Origin: Heptranchias perlo
Taxonomy: Eukaryota
Reading direction: 5' to 3'
Assembly: GCF_035084215.1 (NCBI RefSeq)
Contig: NC_090348.1
Span: forward strand, 23,932,001-23,996,000
DNA length: 64,000 bases
Shown here: positions 63,925-64,000 of the stretch, piece after piece
Layout: each line of letters starts with the position of its first letter
How positions within the stretch are numbered: the first letter of the stretch is position 1
Notes under the pieces: model-generated
Databases searched by the model: none
Told to the model about the DNA's origin: nothing
What the model saw: only the letters and a program-made list of their open reading frames with translations
Position numbers and translations under genes: made by a program

Positions 63925-64000
63925 GTAAGTTTCTGAGCTGAAAATGAAAGTTCTTTCACATACTCAATGGCTGCCAGGCACTTTTTTGATTTGTCGTTAC

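Overview
Vertebrate genomic DNA, almost certainly from a cartilaginous fish (shark), judged from its CR1 and L2 LINEs, DeuSINE-type SINEs, Penelope termini and Harbinger-type MITEs. The window holds the conserved block BRD1(-) / ZBED4(+) / ALG12(-) / CRELD2(+), the same order and orientation I recall for human 22q13.33. BRD1 shows 8 coding exons and continues off the left edge. ALG12 is complete (9 coding exons, 496 aa). CRELD2 shows 5 coding exons and continues off the right edge. Each head-to-head pair shares a CpG-rich promoter region. Three observations stand out. (1) ALG12 intron 41913-44050 looks like a minor-spliceosome (U12) intron that begins CTATCCTTTT rather than GT/ATATCCTTT, giving apparent CT-AG termini. 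(2) The domesticated hAT-transposase gene ZBED4 is a heavily disabled unitary pseudogene, yet it keeps a catalytic-type Asp that human ZBED4 appears to lack. (3) Two tiny TSD-flanked, fold-back Penelope-derived elements are present, one with an intact hammerhead-ribozyme core. Exon boundaries were read by hand. Repeat boundaries are approximate, family names come from recognition rather than database searches, and comparisons to human sequences are from memory.
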